DNA of 64,000 nt from Octopus sinensis (GCF_006345805.1 NC_043010.1:8308001-8372000); one strand, 5' to 3'; positions 12,740-26,275 are shown, counted from the first letter of the stretch. The notes: generated from the sequence alone by a model not told the origin. Numbers and translations: made by a program.

Positions 12740-13990
12740 GCCACAAGTGTACAGAAAAAGGGTATAATTGGTAGATTGCCAGGAGAGCAAATGAATTATA
12801 TAGATGTAAGAATAGAAGAAAAAGGAAAACAAGCTATAAAGAAATTGAAATTCTGAAAGATAATTACACACTGTAAGCTATTAACAGATAAGGACTTACA
12901 AATTGTGGTTACATGAATTAAGATTTAGTTAAATGGTATTAAAGGTATAAAGGTATAATACCAGGCGGCGAGCTGGCAGAAATGTTAGCACGCCGGGTGA
13001 AATGCGTAGCCGTATTTCGTCTACCATTACGTTCTGAGTTCAAATTCCGCCGAGGTCGACTTTGCCTTTCATCCTTTCGGGGTCGATTAAATAAGTACCG
13101 GTTACGCACTGGGGTCGATATAATCGACTTAATCCGTTTGTCCTCTCTGTGTTTAGCCCCTTGTGGGTAGTAAAGAAATAGGTATTAAAGGTATAAAGGT
13201 ATAAAGGTATAAAGATGGTGACCTGGCAGAAGTGTTAACACGCCGGTCCAAATGCCTAGCAGTATTTCATCTGCCGTTACGTTGTGAGTTCAAATTCCGT
13301 CGAGGTCGACTTTGCCTTTCATCCTTTCGGGGTCGATAAATTAAGTACCAGTTACACACTGGGGTCGATTTAATCGACTTAATACCTATGTCTGTCCTTG
13401 TTTGTGCCCTCTATGTTTAGCCCCTTGTGGGTAATAAAGAAATAGGTATTTCATCTGCCGTTACGTTGTGAGTTCAAATTCTGTCGAGGTCGACTTTGCC
13501 TTTCATCCTTTCGGGGTCGATAAATTAAGTACCAGTTACGCACTGGGGTCGATGTAATCGACTTAATACCTATGTCTGTCCTTGTTTGTTCCCTCTGTGT
13601 TTAGCCCCTTGTGGGTAATAAAGAAATAGGTATTAAAGGTATTGCAGAAAACATCAAACTAACACCAGAAAAGTAAAGAACACCCCCTTCGTTTGTTCAA
13701 AATTAATAACATATGTAATGCAGGATGATGATGGCAACAAATCAGTTAAGTGGTTTGAGACCAGGTAAAGACGAATTAATAGGATTCTGGCAAGCTTATG
13801 GGAAAGAAAAAGCCCAGCACCATCATTGCTATTGAAAGGAAGAATAACAGAGAAGTTGTGAGTGGAAGTCAAAGGTGTGAAAGACATTCAAGAGGATTGA
13901 AGAAAAACCGAAAATGGGTTTGCACCAAGTATTGATAGTATTCAGAATTACTGGTGGAAGGAAAACTTATGCTGTATGTGGAAATTAATC
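12740..13990 (+). mobile_element. Old R4/Dong-like fragment (pre-RT region and RT domain 0) split by SINEs
   Basis: Residual motifs ARRANELYRCKNRRK and FAPSIDSIQNYWWK (cf. APGxDxIxNYWWK). Confidence 0.55.
12963..13628 (+). mobile_element. Family-B SINE cluster: monomer, then head plus two bodies
   Basis: Heads at 12963 and 13216; GGTATTAAAGGTAT repeated at flanks. Confidence 0.88.
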
Positions 13991-14725
13991 AGTGATGAAA
14001 TACAAGTGTAGGTTTTTAATCTACATGCCATTTTGAATTACAATACACTGGGTTGAACTGTCCTTCTTTCTTCCTAAGTTTGAAAACTTGCGTGACAAAG
14101 AGAATTTCATGGCTTATACTATTTAAAACCTCAGGCAATATATTTCTGCCGGAATGTGAATTAGGAATATGAAGAACTACAAAGAACCATGCTGATCAAA
14201 ATGACAAGTGACTCAGGAGAAGTCAGATAGGTACATGTCAAACAGTTCTTGGTAGAGTAGACAAATTGAGAATTAATAATAGAACCAGAAACCGCCATTG
14301 ATAATAAAAACATGGCTGTTTTCTTTGACTACCAGAAAACTTATTACAATAATATCATGTTTGTCTTTTACTTGTTTCAGTCATTGGACTGCTGCCATAC
14401 TGAAGTACATTGAAAGGTTTATTCAAACAAATTCATCCCAGAGTTGATATTTTAAGTCCGGTACTTATTCTAACGATATCTTTTGCTGAAACACTAATGG
14501 GGACAAAAACAAACCAGCACCAGTTGTTAAGTGATGGTGGGGGGCCAAGCACAAATACAATGATACAGATACACAGACAATATGTATATAACCTGGAAAC
14601 ATGTGAAGGTTGATGGCAGGATGGGTATCTGGCTGTAGAAAATCTACCTCATTGGATTCTGTCTGACCCATACAGGCACTGAAAAGGTTACTTTAAAATG
14701 ATGATAATATTTTACATTTATATCT

Positions 14726-14941
14726 CTTTACTCTTTCATTTGTTTCAGTCATTTGACTGCGGCCATGCTGGAGCACCGCCTTTGATCGAGCAACTCGACC
14801 CCGGGACTTATTCTTTTTGTAAGCCCAGTACTTATTCTATCGTTCTCTTTGCCGAACTACTAAGTAACGGGGACATAAACACACCAGCATCGGTTGTCAA
14901 GCAATGCTAGGGGGACAAACACAGACACACAAACACACACA

Positions 14942-14996
<55 letters not shown>

Positions 14997-15167
14997 CATA
15001 TATACGACAGGCTTCTTTCAGTTTCCATCTACCAAATCCACTCACAAGACTTTGGTTGGCCCGAGGCTATAGTAGAAGACACTTGCCCAAGGTGCCACGC
15101 AGTGGGACTGAACCCGGAATCATGTGGTTGGTAAACAAGCTACTTACCACACAGCCACACAGCCACT
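14726..15167 (-). mobile_element. SINE family A (tRNA head, CORE-like segment, internal microsatellite, AAAGAGT-type tail)
   Basis: Reverse complement of 22521-22939. Confidence 0.88.
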
Positions 15168-15421
15168 ACGTTTATATATTTGTTTTGCTAGATTTTTGAT
15201 GTGAAATCGTGTGTTAAAACAGATATTGTTGTATTTAGGGATGATCATGTTGCCAGTTTAGCTAATAAAAACACACGCACTATATATTTGGTGTTAATTT
15301 GCTTCAGCAGTATTTATTTTTTACATTAGTTGTATTTCGGCAAGAGTTCTTTCATCACAGAAATACAAAATGACTGATCGTTAATAAGGAAAAACACACA
15401 AATAAGAAAGAAGAAAGCAAA

Positions 15422-15466
15422 GGACCACTGATGAGGTCACAGAAGTGCGACGAAAGAACTCTGGCC
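15422..15466 (+). ncRNA. Minimal type I hammerhead ribozyme, copy 1
   Basis: ggacca-CTGATGA-g-gtcaca(gaag)tgcgac-GAAA-gaac-TC-tggcc; short stem I. Confidence 0.68.
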
Positions 15467-15536
15467 GAAATACAGAAATACAAAATGGTTGATCGTTAAT
15501 AAGGAAAGACACACAAATAAAAAAGAAGAAAGCAAA

Positions 15537-15581
15537 GGACCACTGATGAGGTCACAAAAGTGTGACGAAAGAACTCTGGCT
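15537..15581 (+). ncRNA. Minimal type I hammerhead ribozyme, copy 2
   Basis: ggacca-CTGATGA-g-gtcaca(aaag)tgtgac-GAAA-gaac-TC-tggct; perfect 6-bp stem II. Confidence 0.72.
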
Positions 15582-16057
15582 GAAATACAATTAATGTAAA
15601 AAATAAAATAAAGCTGAAGCAAATTAACACCAAATATATAGTACATGTGTTTTATTGGCTAAACTGGCAACATGACCATCCCCAAATACAACAATAGATG
15701 ATAATATAAGTATGCATGAATATATTATGTAATAGAATTCTATATTTCTGAAAGAAGGAATTTATTTCATGTATGCTATTTCTATTAGTTGGACTGACAT
15801 TTTCAACTTGATTGTTTCACTATTCACAGAGTGCAATGAGAACCATGGATCAAATAAAAGGTTAATTTCAAATTTCCGATACCACAACAGAGCTCAATGC
15901 AAGGCACCTGAAGAAAGCTGGAGTATACAGCAGCCAAAATATAAAGAAACAATCCAGATGAGGACATAGTCTGGCTAACATAAGCAGTACACATAATATA
16001 TTATGTATGTATATCTTTTCCCTGACCCAGTTCACTCTGTGAAGTGGTTGTTGTTAG

Positions 16058-16680
16058 GATGATGATGATGATGATCATCATCATCATCGTTTAACGTCCA
16101 TTTTCCATGCTAGCATGGATTGGATGGTTCGACCGGGGTCTGGGAAGCCAGGAGGCTGCACCAGGCTCCAGTCTGATCTGGCAGTGTTTCTACATCTGGA
16201 TGCCCTTCCTAATGCCAACCACTCCGTGAGTGTAGTGGGGGGCTTTTTACGTGCCACCGGCACAGAGGCCAGAGGAGGCTGGCAAACAGCCATGATCGGT
16301 CAGTACTTTTTACGTGTCACTGGCATCAGCCACATTCGGACGGTGCTTTTTACATGCCACCAGCACGGATATCATAACTACAATTTCCATTTGATTTTTA
16401 TTTTGATGTTGATGTTGACATATTTGACTCAATAGGTCTCCTCAAGCACAGCGGGTCACTCTACGATCCAAGGTTAGCACAGCAGGCCGTCCTGTGAGCT
16501 ATGAACTCACTTCAGCATATCTCACGTTTCAGTCTTTCGTCATTTCCTTTGTGAGGCCCAGCCTGCCACCGCCACGGATATCACAACTACAATTTCCATT
16601 TGATTTTTATTGTGATGTTGATGTACTTGACTCAATAGGTCTCCTCAAGCACAGCAGGTCACCCTATGGTCCAAGGTTCA
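16058..16680 (-). mobile_element. RTE 3' UTR fragment with internal duplication
   Basis: Matches 2435-2830; ~16350-16475 is repeated at ~16563-16678. Confidence 0.82.
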
Positions 16681-16785
16681 GTGATAGAAACCATACCAAA
16701 GCAGACAACAGCTTTGCACAGAACTCTGAGGGTGTGTCAGCTCCTGTCAAACCATCCAAATTATTCCAGCATGGAAAGCACATTA

Positions 16786-17233
16786 ACCTTTTATTATTCA
16801 AACCAGCCATATCCAGCCCAAATATCCTACCTGTTTTATCTTCAAGCCAGCCAGGTCAAGCCTCTCACACCTACCCTATAATGTCATTCTAAAAGTAAAC
16901 ATCCACGTCACTGAAGTCCCAAAGCTATGAGTTGATATATGATTAATTCAAAGCAATATGAATGAATGAGTATTAAATTTGACTGAGTAATCTGAATATT
17001 TAACCCTTTTGATACCAACCCGGCAGAAACTGGCTCTGGCTCTGTAGTACAAATGTCTTATTTTCATAAGTTCTGAATTAAAATCCTCCACCAGACCTTA
17101 GTCACAATTTATGTTCCTAACACTAGCTGAATGATAACTAAGTTATTTTACAAAATTCTTTGTTATATTTAAAGTAATTTAAAGAAACACAGAGCATCTC
17201 AACAGAAATACGGTAACGAAAAGGTTAAGGGTT
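16786..17233. mobile_element. piggyBac-like MITE with a second TTAA MITE (17004-17224) nested near its right end
   Basis: Inner: TTAA|CCCTTTTGATACC...GGTAACGAAAAGG|TTAA; outer homologous to 22401-23043. Confidence 0.7.
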
Positions 17234-17882
17234 GATAATGGTGATGTCTCTGTTAGCAAACAACGTCAACATCAGAGAGATAGAAAATAACAATATTTTC
17301 TGTGGTATTTAATTTTCAAATCAGTCGTAAATTTTCAAACAAACTAATAATTAAGGCCCACTTACAAACTTTGTCCCCTCACAAATAGGGAGAATGAAGG
17401 AACCTGAATTAATATCAATCTAATATATAATAATCCCATCAAATATTCCACTCCAAATTGTGTTGTTTGTCCTTCTTGCACATATGCAAATACATTCATG
17501 CACAAATCAAATAAAGGAAACTCCTACAAGGGAACCTGAATGTGGTTGCTTGATTTGCTAGAAATAGCGGACAAGACTCCTTCAGATCACTCCATGCAAT
17601 CTTGAATAGGTAAAGAGAGACATTAGATAATTTGATCCAACGTGGCCTTACAAAGATAGGACGGTTACTGCTAGATATGGAATGCTTTCCTTTTTGCAGA
17701 AAATGTACCTTCTCTGAGCTGACCAAGGGCTAAACAGCAACTACAACAACAATAACAACAGAATTGACTATCATTACCCAAGGGAACGGGTAGTTGCATA
17801 ACTATGGCGCTCTCAATGTACCCAATTATGTCTCAAATTCTTTCTTTTCCTTCCTTCTTCTTCTTCTTCTTCTCATTTCCCC

Positions 17883-17920
<38 letters not shown>

Positions 17921-18165
17921 ACTGTCTCTGTCTCACTGTCTCTGTCTCTCTCTTTCAATATCATCCCTCTCCCTCCTTTTTCCCACTCTCTCTCTCTCTC
18001 TCCTTCTTTTCCTCTCTCTCTCTCTCTCTCTCCTTTTCCTCTTCTTCTTCTTTTTCTTCTTCTTCTTCTCTTTCCCTTGCTCTTCCTATCTCTCTGTCCT
18101 CGCTCTCCTTCCGTCTATTACTCACACATGCAGCTCACAGATATGTACATTATCAATTATCCATC

Positions 18166-18197
<32 letters not shown>

Positions 18198-19436
18198 CAT
18201 CACCACCACCACCTTCGTCATCATCATCATCACCACCACCACCACCACCATCACCATCGCTTCTATAATATAGTAGAAATTAAATATGTTATGAGTGTGC
18301 ATCTCTCTTTTACATATTTAGGGAAATGCTTTGGTTTTTATTATCTGTCCAACGAAATTATAACTCAATTTCTTTGATGTATATTCCTCGTATTTACTGT
18401 TAGTTCTTTGTAAAGCAATGGAAATTCCATACAAACTTTGCAATATTTGTTCTGTAAATTATTTACCATGTGCATATTTATCTAAATAATTGGAGATAAG
18501 GCATTTTAATCTACCATTGCAATATCATCAGACATGCTGTAATATTGGCATGTGTGTATATAATGAAATAGCAATAGAGAGTCTGCTGTTAGATTATTAG
18601 ATTTTTCCTGATAAATCATATTAAGGTATAAAATTTCTCATCACTGAGACTCCCTTTTAGAAATCATTAATCAATGAATTGAGCAGTTCTTCCAAATTTA
18701 CATTATTAATATTGTTGCTGTTGTTGTTTTGTTGTTGTTGCTATCATCATCATCATCATCATCGTCGTCATCATCATCCCCGCCGCCCTATCCTTTATAT
18801 AAACCCTCACACAAAATGTAAAATGTCCTCCTTGTTAAAATGCACTCCTTATCTGATGCCCTTCTGGCAAATAAAAGAAATCATCGTTGTCATCATCATC
18901 ATCGTCATTGCTCATCTCCTCCTCCTCACCCTCATCATCATCATCATCATCATCATCATTATCACCACCACCACTACCACCGCCGCCGACGCCACCGCCG
19001 CCATCATCATCATCATTATCAAGGCAATGTACTGACAAAATTGTTTGTTAGCCCGCAAGGCAAAATGCTTAGTAGCATTTCTTACAACTTTCTGTTCTGA
19101 ATTCACATGCCCCCCCCCAACGTTGATTTTTTTTGCCTTTCATCCTTTCAGGTTCTATAAAATAAATACCAGTTGAGCAAAGGGATCGATGTAATTATTT
19201 AGCCTCCACCCCAAATTTCCAGGCCTTGTGGCCATAGTAGAAAGGTTTATTAAAGCAATTTGTCTATCTTAATGTTCCAAGTTCAAATTCTACAAAGACC
19301 AACATTGCCTTTCATTCTTTTGGCATCAATAAAATGGGTACCAGTAGCATACTGAGGTCCATGTAATCACCTAATGCCCTCCCTCTAAAATTGCTGGACT
19401 TGTGCTAAAGTTAAAACAAATTAGTTATTATTATTC

Positions 19437-19666
19437 GTTTCTTTATTACCCACAAGGGGCTAAACATAGAGGGGACAAACAAGGACAGACAAACGAATTA
19501 AGTCGATTACATCGACCCCAGTGCGTAACTGGTACTTAATTTATTGACTCCGAAAGGATGAAAGGCATAGTCGACCACGGCGGAATTTGAACTCAGAACG
19601 TAGCGGCAGACGAAATACGGCTACACATTTCGCCCGGCATGCTAACGTTTCTGCCAGCTCACCACC
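19437..19666 (-). mobile_element. Family-B SINE monomer
   Basis: Reverse complement of 12963-13180; GAATTAGTTAT-like flanking repeat. Confidence 0.85.
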
Positions 19667-19684
19667 GAATTAGTTATCATTATT

Positions 19685-20446
19685 GAGTGAGAGAAAGGCT
19701 GCGAGCTGGGAGAATCGTTAGCATATTAGGTGAAATGCTTAGTTGTATTTCATCTACAACTACATTCTGCATTCAAATTCCGCTGAGGTCAACTTTACCT
19801 GTCATCCTTTTGGGGGTTGATAAATTAGGTACCAGCTGTATACTAGGGTTGATGTAATTAACTTAATCCTTTCCCCAAAATTTGAGGCCTTGTGCTTCCA
19901 GTAGAAAGTGAGAGAGCAGCATGTGCTGTCAAAGGGTTGCTGGTGTAGAAATATACAAAATCTAACGTACCCATCCAGACTACCCATCTGATAAAAGTAC
20001 AGCAGGTACATACTTCACAATCATATGTGCACAACATGGTGACCTTATGTCAAGATAAACAGTGCATGACCTTGCAGGTGGGACCCAGATAGGATTTTCT
20101 TTAAATCGAGTAACCTATCCCGCTCAAAAGGTCCCAGAATAATGGTTGCATAAGGATGATAAATGAAATGTCCATGTTTTCAGAGGTGAATTATTCAAAC
20201 CCCATGGAATTCCTCACAACAAATGACTATGATGCTTCTCTACTCCTGCTCATGATCAGTGATGTATATACCAGCAACTAAGGGACATGCTCAACTGGTT
20301 ATGGTCAAACAAGTGACTAGCAAATCTATGGTATTGAGCAGAATATTTGTTGTAGGCCATCTTTTACACCAAGAGAAAACATTTAGATGTTAACACTTTC
20401 AGTGAGTTAAGATTAGAAGCCACAAGAGCCACTGCCTGGTACTGCA
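19685..20446 (-). mobile_element. Older copy of the (TAA)n-associated element with a family-B-like SINE inserted near its end
   Basis: AGTGAGAGA repeated around the ~19696-19905 insert; body homologous to 11975-12523. Confidence 0.78.
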
Positions 20447-20596
20447 ATCCCTGGCATGGCAGGGCTTCTGGGAGTATTGTTTGTTTGAGATAAACTCTAC
20501 AGGCATAGAAGTGTTATCAGTTAAGCGTATCCAAAATGTGTGCAGGGTATGTCGTCTTTCATCTCATTGGGGATGATGTATATATCTTTCACTGAT

Positions 20597-21506
20597 GCAC
20601 ACAAAACACACACTCACACACGCACACACACACACACTCACACACACACACTCACACACACTCACTCACACACGCACACACCACACACACACACTCACTC
20701 ACACCACACTCACACACACACACACTCCACACACACACTCCACCACACACACACTCACACACTCACACACACACTCACCACACACACCACACACTCACTC
20801 ACACACACACACACACACTCACACACACACACACTCACTCACACACACACACACTCAGACACACACACATCACACACACACACACACACTCACTCACACA
20901 CACACCACATCACACACGCACACCTAACACACCACACACACTCACACACTCACACACACTCAGACACACACACACTCACACACACACACACACACTCACT
21001 CACACACACACACACTCACACCACACACACACACTCACACACCACACTCACTCACACACACACACTCACACCCACACACACTCACACACACTCACACACA
21101 CACACACTCACCACACACACACACACCACACCCACTCACTCACACCACACTCTCACTCACACCCACACACACACACACTCACACACTCACACACACACAC
21201 ACTCACCACTCACACACACACTCACACACACACATTCACACACACACTCACTCACACACACACACACACTCACACACGCACACACTCACACACACACTCA
21301 CTCACACACACACACACACACTCACACACGCACACACTCACACACACACTCACACACACACACACACTCACACACACACTCACTCACACACACACACTCA
21401 CACACACACACTCACACACACACACACATACACACACACACACTCATACACTCACACACAAACTCACAACACACACACACTCACACACACACACACACAC
21501 ACACAC
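20597..21506. repeat. ~900-bp degenerate (CA)n/(CACT) tract
   Basis: Directly visible. Confidence 0.95.
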
Positions 21507-21651
21507 TTATATATGTATCTCTCAAGTACTTATATCTGATAGATTTAAGTACTTGACCTCAAGCCTATATTACCATTTGGGATTATTACAAGGAATAACA
21601 AGGCAAGTTAATTTGCCAGTCATTAGAGTGTTGGACAGAACACTTCACAGT

Positions 21652-22040
21652 GGATGGAAGCACTCCGTTGGTTACGACGATGAGGGTTCCGGTTGATCCG
21701 AATCAACGGAACAGCCTGCTCGTGAAATTAACGTGTAAGTGGCTGAGCACTCCACAGACACGTGTACCCTTAATGTAGTTCTCGGGGATATTCAGCGTGA
21801 CACAGAGAGTGACAAGGCCGGCCCTTTGAAATACAGGTACAACAGAAACAGGAAGTAAGAGTGAGAGAAAGTTGTGGTGAAAGAGTACAGCAGGGATCAC
21901 CACCATCCCCTGCCGGAGCCTCGTGGAGCTTTAGGTGTTTTCGCTCAATAAACACTCACAACGCCCGGTCTGGGAATCGAAACCGCGATCCTATGACCGC
22001 GAGTCCGCTGCCCTAACCACTCGGCCATTGCACCTCCACT
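21652..22040 (-). mobile_element. SINE family C, tail type 2, with 11-bp TSD
   Basis: CACTTCACAGT at 21641-21651 and 22041-22051; tRNA-like head with TCG in the anticodon loop. Confidence 0.92.
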
Positions 22041-22400
22041 CACTTCACAGTATTTGATCCGACTCTCTCTTTGCATTCTACGTTCAAATCCTGATGAGGT
22101 TGAATTTGCCTTTCATCTTTTGGGGGATCAGTGTAGTGAATTGGCAGGATTGTTTGAACACCAGCCTTGCCACATCTGTCCTGCTGCTATGGACTCTGAG
22201 TTCAAATTTAATTGAGGTCAACTGGCCCTGTAATGTTTCGGATAGTGAAATAAAATTAAGTACCAATCAAGTACTGGAATTAATTTAATCTACTACACCT
22301 TCTTCTTAAAATTGGTGGCCTCACACCATTGTTAGAAATCAATATAGAATAATAGTAAAATGTAATAATATTGCTGCAACTTCACTGCCAAATTTATTAA

Positions 22401-23043
22401 CCCTTTAGCATTCAAAATGGCCATATCCTGCCAAATATTCTACCTGTTTTGCACTCAAACTGGTCAGGTCTGGCTTCTCACAACAACCCTACAATATCCT
22501 TCTAAAAATTAACAGTTATAGGTGCAGGAGTGGCTGTGTGGTAAGTAGCTTGCTTACCAACCACATGGTTCCGGGTTCAGTCCCACTGCGTGGCATCTTG
22601 GGCAAGTGTTTTCTACTATAGTCTAGGGCCGACCAAAGCCTTGTGAGGGGATTTGGTAGACGGAAACTGAAAGAAGCCCGTCGTATATATGTATATATAT
22701 ATATATATGTGTGTGCGTGTGTGTTTGTGTGTCTGTGTTTGTCCCCCTAGCATTGCTTGACAACCGATGCTGGTGTGTTTATGTCCTCGTCACTTAGCAG
22801 TTCGGCATGAGAGACCGATAGAATAAGTACTAGGCTTACAAAGAATAAGTCCCGGGGTCGAGTTGCTCGAGTAAAGGCGGTGCTCCAGCATGGCCACAGT
22901 CAAATGACTGAAACAAGTAAAAGAGAGAGTAAAAGAGAGTTACCTCATCAAAATCTCAAAGCTACAAAATAATGCACAACTAGTTCAAAATAATGTGAAT
23001 AAGTAACCACTACTTTTGACAAAATAATGTGAATACTAAAGGA
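22401..23043. mobile_element. piggyBac-like MITE interrupted by a family-A SINE
   Basis: TTAA|CCCTTTAGCATTCA...TGAATACTAAAGGA|TTAA. Confidence 0.72.
22521..22939 (+). mobile_element. SINE family A, full length
   Basis: A-box TGGCTGTGTGG, B-box-like GGTTCAGTCCC, tail AAAAGAGAGT repeated. Confidence 0.92.
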
Positions 23044-23201
23044 TTAAACTGCATTTGATAGTTGATATTCCAGCTTGGGAATTCAACAGTTTTATGGAAT
23101 ATGGAGTTACCTCTTCATTAACACAGTCCTAAGTCTGTTCTGATCCAAGGTGGATCCTAACCCTAACCTATCAAGGGATCCAGTTATGGGTCAAACTGTA
23201 T

Positions 23202-23480
23202 CAAGACAATTACCCTCCGAGGACAATTACCCCCACCACCACCACCACCACCACCACCACCACCACCACCACCACCACCACCATAGGACATAGGACAGGA
23301 TTTATGTACCTGTGATCATCAACATGCTACCAGTTAACAGAAAAATATTAAGGTACCTGATTACCCCCTCTATAATATATTAAGAAATTTTAAATCATCA
23401 TCTGCTGTCCTCAGGGGTAATTGTCCTTTGGTGGTACAGGTGGGGTTATTGTCCATGGTGGGGGTAAATGTCCTAGACTC
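23202..23480. mobile_element. Foldback-like DNA element with repeated subterminal inverted motifs
   Basis: GACAATTACCC twice on the left versus GGGTAATTGTCC-like three times on the right. Confidence 0.5.
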
Positions 23481-23505
23481 AGGTCAAATAGCTGAAGAGA
23501 GTCCT

Positions 23506-24295
23506 GCAGCATGTGGTGAGAATTTATGTGGATAGCTGTGTGAAAAAGTGCCACACCCTAGCAGTTGAGGGAACCTGTGGAAGAGGTAGACCCAGGAAGA
23601 GCTGGGATGAGGTGGTGAAGCATGACCTTCAAATACTGGGCCTCACTGAGGCAATGACTAGTGACTGGGACCTCTGAAAATATGCTATGCTTGAGAAGAC
23701 TCGGCAAGCGCAAGTGATACCATAGCCTTGTGGCCTATGCCAGTGGATGTAACCAGTCCGCTTATGCATGCCTTTCCTTCATTGGATACTAAACTCTGCT
23801 TGCGAAGACCTGTTGAGGCAAGTGAAATCAAAATCGAAATCAAATTCAACGACTGGCATCCATGCTAGTGGAGTGCTAAGAGTACCATACGAGTGAGATC
23901 GTGGCCAGAGCAACAAGCTGGCCTCTGTGCCAATGGCATGTTTAAGCACATCATTCGAGTGTGATCGTTACCGCGTCGCCTTACTAGCACTTGTGCTGGT
24001 GACATGTGAAACATTCGAGCGAGGTCGTTGCCAGTGCTGTTGGACTGGCTCCTGTGCAGGTGGCACATAAAAAGCACCATTTGAGCACGGCCATTGCCAG
24101 TACCGCCTGACGCCTGACACATAAAAGCACCCACTACACTTTCAGAGTGGTTGGCGTTAGGAAGGGCATCCAGCTGTAGAAATTCTGCCAGATCAGATTC
24201 GAGTCTGGTGCTGCCATCTGGTTCGCCAGACCTCAGTCAAATCGTCCAACCCATGCTAGCATGGAAAGCAGACGTTAAACGATGATGATGATGAT
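23506..24295 (+). mobile_element. RTE LINE 3' fragment
   Basis: SCVKKCHTLAVEGTCGRGRPRK, 3' UTR, (GAT)n tail. Confidence 0.9.
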
Positions 24296-25443
24296 TATGA
24301 ATGAGATCAATTTCTGCAACTGAATGAAACCTTTCAAGATGTTGCCCCAGCATGGGCTGCAGTCAAATGACTGAAGAAAATAACAGATAAAAGATATAGA
24401 TAAAATCAGAATACCCAGTAGTACTTTAACAATGCAGTACAAATGAAACCAACAACTACTAACTAGGTTGACCAATCACAAGTACAGAATTGTTGGAGAA
24501 AAAATTGAAGCCCTCAATATGAATTTGATTAAATATGGGAATGAGATACTTTATGCATGGAAAAAGAGAAAAATAAGAGGGCTGGTCATGGCTGGGTTAA
24601 ATAATAAAAACAACAACAACAGCAACTGATATAAAGTGGTGGCTTCGCTATTAGACATGATACTAAAGCTGAGCCAATATTGAAACCATTTCATAGTCCC
24701 TTGGCCTGCTAGAAATAGCAGCCAAATCTTCTTCAGCTCATATCCTACCATCTTAAAAAAGAAGGAAAAACTTTGAACAAAGGTAATCCTAAGAAAAGAA
24801 AATATGGTTATATCTGCAACACATTTCATCCTATGTCTGTTTAATTATGATTAACCTGGAAAGAAAAAGTCTGTGTAAATTCTTCAATATCAGTTTAGAG
24901 TATTTTCCTCCAAGAAATCTTGGAACTGATCTTTGTTCTGGAAATAAGTTTAACTCTGATTGAATATTTTCTAATTATGTAGACATTTATTCACTTACTA
25001 ATGCATTTCTGCATAAATAAAGAAAAAAATGAGTTTTTAAATTGCAATTTCATTAAAATTTTAGAGTATTAATATTACTATTTATATAGAGCCTCATTAT
25101 CTTGGAACATATCTCATTTATATAACATTTTCATCCAAAAATATATAGACATTACTTCTATATTCTCTCAAGTTTTAGGCAATTAATTACTGATGATTAT
25201 AAATGATTTTATAAATTCTTCTGACATCAGCAACATACAGTTCTTACTGGTAAGAAAAAAGTTTCTAAAAATGGAAGGAGAATTTTAATGAATTGCTTCG
25301 GTCCAATGTTTGTAATGTTGCTATGTCTACTGGAAATGAAGATTTGAGCCCCATAAGCAACCACTGACTTTTTTTTATCAAAAGGGGTTTTCAATCAAAA
25401 GGGGTTTTCAATCCAATATCCACAAGCTATTATTTCTAGTGTT

Positions 25444-25828
25444 GTGGAAGCACTCCGTTGGTTACGACGACGAGGGTTCCAGTTGATCCGATCAATGGAA
25501 CAGCCAGCTCATGAAATTAACATGTAAGTGGCTGAGCACTCCACAGACACGTGTACCCTTAACGTAGTTCTCGGGATATTCAGCGTGACACAGAGAGTGA
25601 CAAGGCCGCCCCTTTGAAATACAGGTACAACAGAAACAGGAAGTAAGAGTGAGAGAAAGTTGTGGTGAAAGAGTAGAGCAGGGATCACCACCATCCCCTG
25701 CCGGAGCCTCGTGGAGCTTTTAGGTGTTTTCGCTCAATAAACACTCACAACGCCCGGTCTGGGAATCGAAACCGCGATCCTACAACCGCGAGTCCGCTGC
25801 CCTAACCACTGGGCCATTGCGCCTCCAC
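25444..25828 (-). mobile_element. SINE family C, tail type 2, with 11-bp TSD
   Basis: TTTCTAGTGTT at 25433-25443 and 25829-25839. Confidence 0.92.
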
Positions 25829-26275
25829 TTTCTAGTGTTATATAAGGTGGTGAGCAGGCAGACTTGTTAGCATGCTGGACAAAAGGCTTAGCAGTATTTC
25901 GTCCATCTTTTACATTCTGAGTTGAAATACTATCACAGTTGACTTTGCCTTTCATCCTTTTGAGGACGATAAAATAAGTACCAGTTGAATACTGGGGTCA
26001 ATGTAATCGATTTGCCCACTCTCTCAAAATGCCAGGTTTGTGACTATTGTAGAAAGTATTGTTCATAGCTCTATTCTTTTATTCTTTTATTTGTTCCACT
26101 CATTTGACATGCTGGAGCACTGCCTTTTTAGTCGAACAAATCGACCCAGGGACTTATTCTATCAGTCTTTTTTGCTGAACCGCTAAGTTACAGGGATGTA
26201 AACACACCAGCATTGGTTGTCAAGAGATGGTGGGGAAACAAACACAGACACACAAACATATACATACATATATAT

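Larger units (their letters stand above)
15224..15696 (+). mobile_element. Penelope-like pLTR remnant with tandem and inverted repeats
   Basis: Inverted arms 15224-15359 and 15561-15696; 115-bp tandem units each with a hammerhead. Confidence 0.72.

Noticed and set aside
15905-15945. CTGAAGA motif with partial stem
   Set aside because: GAAA and stems are eroded; at most a dead Penelope-like remnant.
20540-21556. 338-aa His/Thr-rich ORF
   Set aside because: Translation of a degenerate (CA)n tract; its irregularity may partly be sequencing error.
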